64,000 bases of DNA from the human T2T-CHM13v2.0 reference genome, Homo sapiens. The stretch lies in assembly GCF_009914755.1 (NCBI RefSeq), contig NC_060926.1. One strand, written 5' to 3'. Below the pieces are notes generated by a model. That model saw nothing but the letters and a program-made list of their open reading frames with translations. It had not been told where the DNA came from and ran no database searches. Below, in pieces: positions 56,293 to 64,000 of the stretch. Numbering within the stretch: the first letter of the stretch is position 1; each line of letters starts with the position of its first letter. A program made the translations under genes and the position numbers.

Positions 56293-57120
56293 AGGGAAAT
56301 GCTAAAAATGAAAAATTCCACATTAGATGGTTTCTACTAATGATAAGCTCCTTGATACATTTATCATTAGTAGAAAGTATCAGTAAACTTGAAGACAGAC
56401 CAATAAAAATTATACAAACTGTATACAAAGAAAAAAAGAATTTAAAAAATAGAACAGAGTATCTGAGATCTGTGAAGCAATGTCAAATCACCTTACTTAT
56501 ATAATTGGTGTCCCAGAAGAAGAAGAAGAAGAAGAAAACAGAAAAAGACATTTGAAAAGATAATAAGCAAGAATGTTCAAAATTAATGACAGGTATTAAT
56601 TCATAGATCCAGGAAACTTAGAGAACCATAAACAGGATAATTACAAAGAAAACATACCCAGGCACATCATAGTGAAACTACTACAAAACAAAAATAAAGA
56701 TAAATTATTGACAGCAGCCAGAGAAAAGCATATTACATCTAGGGGAGCAATGATAAAAATGGCTTCTCATCAGAAACAATGAAAGCCAGAAGACAATGGG
56801 ATCACTTCTTTCAAGTGCTTTAAGAAAAACAAAGCAAACAATAACTGCAACTCCAAAATCCCCCAAACCTGTGGATCTAGAACTCTATGTAAGTATCCTT
56901 TAAAAATGAAAGTTAGATAGCAATATATTTAGACAGATAAAAGCTCAAAGAATTTGTTTCTAATAGACTTGAACTAAAAGAAACATTAAAATAAGTTTTT
57001 TAGACTTGGATAAAATGACACCAGAGAGACCTTGTTATGTGAGAAGGAATGAAGAACACCAGAACAAGTAAATACATATGCAAGTAAATATGAAGGCCTT
57101 ATTAAAATCACATGCACATG

Positions 57121-57163
57121 CACACACACACACACACACACACACACTCGCTCTCTCTCTCTC
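57121..57163. repeat. Compound (CA)n(CT)n microsatellite
   Basis: Direct inspection. Confidence 0.9.
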
Positions 57164-57653
57164 TTAAATGATAATTGACAATTTAAAATAAAAAAACACA
57201 TTTCATTGAGAAGCTTATGGCATATATAGAAGCAAAATACATAACAAAAGCACAAAGTGAAAAGGTGTTAATTTGCAGGTATACTGTGATAAGTTCTTAA
57301 TTTCTTTACTATGTAAAGAATAGATTTTGAAGGCAGATCACAATCGTCTATATTATAATCTCTAAAGCAAGCAAAAAGTGACACAACTAAAAAGTCAACA
57401 GAAAAGACAAAATACAGTACCAAAATAGAGTATCCCAAACAGTTTGATTTATCAGAAAAACATGAAGAAAAAAAGAAGGCAAATATGACAAATAGACATA
57501 ACACCAAGATAGACTCAAATATAAACATTGATTAATGCAATACAATAATTAATTGTATTGACTCAAATACTAAGCTCAAATACAAACATTAATTAAACAT
57601 ATATGTAAACATTAATTAAATGTAAATGGACTAAGTATTCAATTAAAAGGAAG

Positions 57654-57942
57654 TTTTTTTTTTTTTGAGACAGGGTCTCACTCTAGCATCCAGACTGAAC
57701 TGCAGTGGTGTGATCTCAGATCACTGCAGCCTCCACCTCCTGGCCTCGAGCAATCCTCCTGCCTCAGCCTCCTGAGTAGCTGGGACTACAGGTGCATGCC
57801 ACCATGCCTAATTAATTTTTGTATTTTTTGTAGAGATGAGGTCTCGCTTTGTTGCCCAGACTGGCCTTGAACTCCTGAGCTCAAGCAATCTGCCAGCCTC
57901 AGCCTCCCAAAGGTATGGTGGTATGAGCCACTGTGCTCAGCC
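57654..57942 (-). mobile_element. AluJ inserted in L1 ORF2
   Basis: J diagnostics (gagacagggtctc, ctcaagcaatc); TSD taaaaggaag/taaaaggcag. Confidence 0.92.
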
Positions 57943-59245
57943 TAAAAGGCAGATATTATCAGCCTGGATGAAAAAGCTAGGACCAGCTATATGTTGTTTA
58001 CAAGAAACACACTATATTGATAAAGACATAAACGGATGAAAGCAAAAGAATGGGAAAATATATACCATGTTAAACACTAACCATAAAAAAGCTGGTATAA
58101 TCAAAATATAAAATGCTTAGGGGTATATTTGACAAAAGATGGGCAGCACTTTTATATTAAAAACTGTAAACTATTAATGAGTAAAATTAAATGATATATA
58201 AATAAAAGGAAAGATGTGCTATATTCACAGATAGGAAAAATCAATATTACACACATGGCAATTCTCCCCTAATTGTTCCATAGATTTGATGCAATTATAA
58301 TCAATATCCCAGTAGAATTTTTTATTGTAGAAACTAAGGACTAATTAGAAAATTTACTTAGAAAAGTAAAGGAGTTAGAATAGCCAAAACAGTCTTCCAA
58401 AAGAGTTAAAAGACTTACTCTTTCTTGACTCTAAGACCTATTGTTTGTTATATTTGGTATTAATTGGTGAGAAGGTAGATCAATAGAGTAATCAGAGAAA
58501 ACAGAGAGTCCTGAAGTAGCCCATATCACACATATTACAATTAGCAAATTTACAAAATGGACATTAAAGCAATCCACCTGTGCTACTACAATATTATGGA
58601 CTATGAAAAAATAATAAACCTAATACCTTTCTCACAACATATGCAAAAATTAGTTGAAGATCAGTCACTGATCTAAATGTAAAGCTTAAAACAATACAGC
58701 TTTCAGAAGAAAACAAAGCAAAATATCTTTGTGACCTTGGTATAGGTCATAATTTCTTAGAATACAGAAAGTGCTTAGCATAAAATTTAAAAATTATAAA
58801 CTGTACTTCATCAAAATTTGAAACTTCCATTCATGAAAAGATATCAATAAGAAAATAAGTAGGTAAGCCTACTAGGTAAAAATATTTGCAAGATATAGCT
58901 TACAAAACACATGTATACAAAGTACAATAAAGAATTCCTACAATTTACCAATACAAAGACGAACAACCTAATTAAAACTAGGCAAAAGACATGACAAGAT
59001 ATTTTCTTAAATAGATAAGCAACTATACAATAAGCACATGAAAAAGAGCTCAACACTGTCAGTTATTATGGAAATGCAAATTAAAAACACCATGGGATGC
59101 TACCCCACCACTGCTAGAACAGCTAACAGGAAAATGACTGACAATACCAAATGTTGGAGAAGATGTGGAACACTTGGAGTTGCTTAGTTATTGGCAGGAA
59201 TGTAAAATAGCACATCTCATTTGGAAAGCTGTTTCACAGTTTCTT

Positions 59246-59355
59246 TTTTTTTTGTATGTATAAGCATGTTTATTATTATTTTAATTTTTATTTTAGATCC
59301 AGTGGGTACATATGCTATGTATAAGTTTTTTACAAGGGTATATTGTGTTGCTTTG
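59246..59355 (-). mobile_element. Very short L1P(B)-type 3'-end insertion
   Basis: T-tract then ttttagatccagtgggtacatatgc...gggtatattgtg; TSD gtttctt on both sides. Confidence 0.6.
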
Positions 59356-60019
59356 GTTTCTTGAAAAGTTACATAGAACTACTCTATCACCGAGGAATTC
59401 CACTCCTAGGTATTTACCCAAGGAATATAATGCCCACAAATATTCTACAAGAATGTTTATAGCACAATTACTAATTATAGCCCCAAACGGGAAATAGCCC
59501 ATATGATCATCAACAGGAAAATGAAAACGAATTGTCATACAACAGAAGAGTATTCAATAACAAAAAGGAAATAAACTATTGATACATGTAATGACATGGC
59601 TGGATGTCAAAAACATTATATTGAGTGAAAAACATACAAAAAAGCATATTCTGTATGATTCTATTTATATGAACTTAAAAAACTTATAGATTAGCTAAAT
59701 TAGACTTTTACAATGTAAGTCAGACCTGATCAGTAGCTGTTTTTGGGGTCTGGTAGGTAGACTGCCTGGGAAGGGGCTTGATGGAACTTTCTGGAGTGAC
59801 ATGAATATCCTGTGTCTTGATAGAGTGTGGCATTTGTCAAAACCAACTAAAATGTGAACTTAAGATCAGTGCATCTTAGTGCATGTAAATTATGTCCCAA
59901 TGAAAATACAATTTAAAAAGTGGAGTTACCAGGAAAAGAAGAGAAATAATATATTCTGTGATGACGGAATAATGTCAGCATTAGGCAGAAGAAAAGAATT
60001 GGATCTTCCAAAAGAATCC

Positions 60020-60880
60020 TTTTTTAAAAACAAAAAAAATTTACAACTTTGTTGAGATTTAATTCACGTGCCATACGATTTGCCCATTTAAAGTGCATAA
60101 TTAAACAGTTTAAAATATATTCTTAGTGTTGTGCAACCATCATTACAATCAGTTTTAGAACATTTTCATTAACACCCCAAAAAGACGTTGTGCCCATTAG
60201 CAGCCACTCCTCATTTCTCTCCAACCCTCTCCCCACCTCCGGGCCTAGACAATTAATCTTTCTGTCTCGACAAATTTGCCTATTCTAGACATTTCATATA
60301 GATGAAATCAACAGTGTGTGGTCTTTGTAACTAGCTTCTTTCACTTAGCACAATGATTTCAAGGTTCATCCATGTCATATCACCTATCAGTACTTCATTT
60401 TTTTAATTGATCAATAATATTGCATTGAATTGATATAACATTTCATTTGCCCATTCGTCAGCTGATGGGCATTTGGGTTGTTCCCACTTTTCAGCTATTA
60501 TAAATAATGCTGCTATGAACATTAATGTACAAATTCTTGTGTGGACATATATTTTCACTTTTCTTGCATATACATCTAGGAGTGGAATAGCTGGATCATA
60601 TGGTAGCTTTATGTTTAAACTTTTGAAGAATTTCCAGACTGTTTTCCAAAGCAGATGTACTATTTTACATTCCTACCAGTGGTGTATGATAATCCCATTT
60701 TTTTCACATCCTCACTAACACCTTATTATCTCTCTTTTTGATTAGAACAGTCCTAGTGGGTGTGAAATTCAATCTCACTGTCATTTTGATTTGCATTTCC
60801 TTCATGACTAATGATAGTGAACATCTTTTCATGTGCTTATTGGCCATTTGTTTATTTTCTTTGGAGAAATGTCCACTCAG
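60020..60880 (-). mobile_element. L1MB 3' end
   Basis: ttgtgcaaccatcattacaatc, ttcacttagcacaatg, taggagtggaatagctggatcatatggt, gatttgcatttcc; limits approximate. Confidence 0.88.
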
Positions 60881-63595
60881 ATCCCAAAGAAATCTTTGAT
60901 AGATCAAGTTATTTGCTGATTAAAATAAATAGTTTACTTGAAGTGAGAATGCAGAGATTTGAATCTACCTGAACCTCTACCTAACTTGGAGATCTTCCAC
61001 TCCAAACTTTGGATCTTGGAGCTCAAAAAGTTGCATGGGTTAGCTTCCCTGTTGTAAACACTAACTATGTATCCTCACCTGGATGCATGAATTAAAGGTG
61101 GTTCACAAAGCAGCTTATCATCAGAAGCACCTGGAAATGTGGGAAAAATGGATTCTTGGGAATAAACAACTGAATCTGATTTTTTAGGTGAGTCTCAGGT
61201 AACCATATAAAAAGAAGGTTCACCAGATGTTTCTAATGATCATTTCAGCCTTGGAATTACTGAAACTACTTCATTGAAAGGTTAATGCCTACTGCCCAAG
61301 TTGGGTGCCATAATGGTGGGTCTGGTTGCACAATCTTGAGTAGAACTTCAGACATACTTCTTCCTGTAAACTGAAGCCATCACTCGTGAAAGATTAGTTT
61401 GCTACATTAATCTTTCATTTCTCCCTGTCTCCCAGACTTCAAAGAGGACATGGAGACATGGGAAGGAAGTAGAGAGGGAAGAAAAAGAAGTAGAGGGATG
61501 AAAAACAACAACAAAGATGTTAAGTGTTTGTAGAGAAATGTGAATACAAAGTATATAGAATGCACTGTAAAGGTCAGATGAGAATTTAAATCAGATCTAT
61601 GCAACAGGAATACCTAAGGACAGATGTGTCTAATTTTGTATTGTTTTGACCCAGCTTAATTATATCTGTCTGACCCAGTTCAATTATATTCTACCACTAA
61701 CTTCAAAAAGAATATTTAACACTCAAAGTAGAGGTGCCAAATTCATTAAAGTTGTTACAACATGCTGTTCAGCCTTCCTCCTTCCCACCATCTCTTCCTC
61801 CTTAACTCTTTACAATCCAGCCTCTATATTCAAAGCAACAAATTCGGAATCTGCTCCCCTAGGGGCCACTAGTGACTGGACAGCTCACTGCCTAATTCAT
61901 CAGTCCCTTTTCAAGCTTCATTCTTCTTGACAGCTCTGCAGCACTGAATCCATTTACACTCCCTCCTTCTTGATCACATGTGCTCTTGTGACTGCCTGGA
62001 TAGAGCCCGCTTCACTCTGTTCCCTCATGGGATCAGCATCTGTTACTGAGGTTCATTCATGGGTTAAGTGCTGAGTCACAAAACTGAGGGGGCCCAGACC
62101 CTGCCTCCAGGAATCTCAGTTTAGTAAGATGTCCTCCTTCTTCTACAGTCTGACCTCTCTCATGGATCCTTGGACTGCTCAAGCCCCCTTTAAACATAAG
62201 CATGCCTAATGTTCCCATCTGCTCAGCTCTCTGGTTTTCTCTCAGGGATGTCTGCTATTCTCTTTGGAGGTAAGCCCCAGTGCTGGACATCTAGCCCTAA
62301 GCTCCCAGGCTTGGCAGCCTTACTTTGCATGGTCTAACCCAAGCCAGCCTTCCATTTCATCCGCCGTTTCTCTCCAGCAAGCATTTGGTGTTTCATCTAA
62401 ATCGGACCTCTTGCTGTTCTTCAAACATGCCCTTCCTATTCCAGTTTCCATGCCTTTAATCATACTGTTTCCATCTGCTAAAAAACTCTCCCTATCTGTG
62501 CCTGTAGAAAAACCACTCATTCTTTAAGGCCCATTCCAAATGCCACCTCTTGCAAGAAGACTTCTCCAATTCCTTCCATGGCCTTCTGTTTCCCAAAACT
62601 AGATGTATGCTCTTTTTCCTTCCTTACTGTCATGCCACACTGTGCTCTTGTAAGTCCTTTATTTATTTCATCTTAAACTGAGTGACTATTGTCCTTCACT
62701 CTAGCCTGAGACTTCATTGGGCAATGACTGCTCTTGTTTACTTCTGTGTCCCTAACACTGAGTGGCTTACAAGTACACTCACAACCATATTCAACATGCC
62801 CTTAGTGGACTGAATTGAAATCCAGAGACTCAAGGAGAAATCACGATAGCAGCCCACCTTCCCTACCCCTCCAGCCCATCATCATTTCTTGAAAATCATC
62901 TTTAGGAAATAGGATTTTCAGGATAAAAAAATTTTTTTTCCATGGAATGTCTTAGTTTGCAGACAACTAAGATGTCCCTCTCTGGTCAGGGACAGAACGA
63001 TTGCTGTAGCTCTTCTAGGAAGCTACTGGTGGTGAGCACTTAGGGGAAGTAAAACCAGGGGAGGAGGAGAGCCACAGAGATCTTTGTTCCCATCTTGATT
63101 TCCTAGTCATTTCCTGTGTGACTTCACCCTAGTTATTTATCTTCTCAAAATTTCAGTGGAATAAAGTTAGTCTTATCCATAGGACTGATGAGAAAATAAG
63201 CAGGATTTTATATATGTTTACAAATTTATAGTTCTATATCTTCCTTAAATACTATAGCTCTAGCCCCAGTAATAAGCTACCAGATATGGGAATCCAGTCC
63301 ACACTTCTTCCCCTTGAGGAAATTAAATTGACAAATGGAGTTTTAGTACTATAAACTATCATCAAAATTTGAGACTTCTAAATGCTCTGTTTAGCTACCA
63401 TGACCTTTCTTTACATAAAACATTAAGAAAATATTCAAAGTACCAGACTGGGCAAAGCAGAGTACTCTGGTAGTAGTGGGTGGGGGCGCACAGAAGCACC
63501 TCTCAACGTCCCCCTATGTGCTATGGTGGGGGGATGGAATTTTCTAACATAGACTCAGAAATCTGATGCTCAGGAGAATACCAGTTGAAAACCAG

Positions 63596-63672
63596 TTTTA
63601 AATCCCTGCAAATTCTACTTGGATCAATAATACTGCATTTATTTTAAATCCCTGCAAATTCTACTTGGATCA
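63596..63672. repeat. Perfect 31-bp direct duplication with a 15-bp spacer
   Basis: ttttaaatccctgcaaattctacttggatca at 63596-63626 and 63642-63672. Confidence 0.95.
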
Positions 63673-64000
63673 CTTTAAAGGCTTTTGAGATTAGACTTGA
63701 CCAAGAACTCAACACTGGTCTTTCTGGAAGCATGGAAATCTGAGACTCCAAGAACAGCTAAACAGGCAAGTGAGGCCACTGAATTCTGGGAGGTACATAT
63801 GAGCATGCACAGAAGCATACGGAATTTAGGGTTTCCAAAACAAACAAGCACGTTAGTCTCCTACTCCCAGGCCTTTATACACCCCCACAGTTGTGAATAA
63901 ATGGGACACGTTACCACTATTTTGGCCTTTGTACACATTGAATGCAACAATGTAAAATGCATCTGATAAGAAATGGATGGGAACAATTAAACATGTAAAT

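Larger units (their letters stand above)
55090..59920 (+). mobile_element. Old L1M with 5' region, ORF1 remnant and internally deleted ORF2/3' UTR
   Basis: ORF1 hallmarks (ggtgtcccagaagaag, cccaggcacatcatagtgaaacta, tctcatcagaaacaatgaaagccagaagacaatgg) and ORF2 start (taaatgtaaatggacta); limits approximate. Confidence 0.8.

Noticed and set aside
63470-63492. CTCF-like gtgggtgggggcgcac
   Set aside because: Matches only the 3' half of the core and lacks the CCAsyAG part.

Overview
Primate (almost certainly human) genomic DNA, not prokaryotic. The minus strand carries nine coding exons of CYRIA (FAM49A, CYFIP-related Rac1 interactor A), running from 43468 down to the TAG stop at 30637. All have canonical GT-AG boundaries and consistent phases. 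They give 902 coding nt; I found no exon for the first ~70 coding nt (Met1-Glu23, from my recall of the protein), so it presumably lies beyond position 64000. A ~3.5-kb 3' UTR with several poly(A) signals extends to about 27160. Positions 43469-64000 are intron and 1-27160 is downstream flank. The rest is typical mammalian repeat landscape: a decayed ERVL provirus with an LTR41/LTR33-group LTR (3039-~7890), a full-length THE1A MaLR with an AluY in its 3' LTR (51240-53810), MER31 and MLT1A solo LTRs, about ten Alus, old L1M/L2/MIR fragments, and MER58/MER3/MER5/Tigger4/MADE1 DNA-transposon fossils. Repeat subfamily names come from recalled consensus features, not from a RepeatMasker run. Nearly all ORFs in the supplied track are spurious. 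I found no convincing new multi-gene biological system. The most unusual structure is a young (~97% identical) local inverted duplication, 14313-14540 versus 14948-15138, around a 407-bp spacer that holds a truncated THE1 LTR with a DUX4 motif. It is a candidate template-switch scar and inversion substrate. Other leads: an LTR-borne full-length CTCF motif, an inverted Alu pair around a frame-shifting exon, an in-frame-skippable exon encoding the Rac1-binding arginines, and several small templated-insertion scars.
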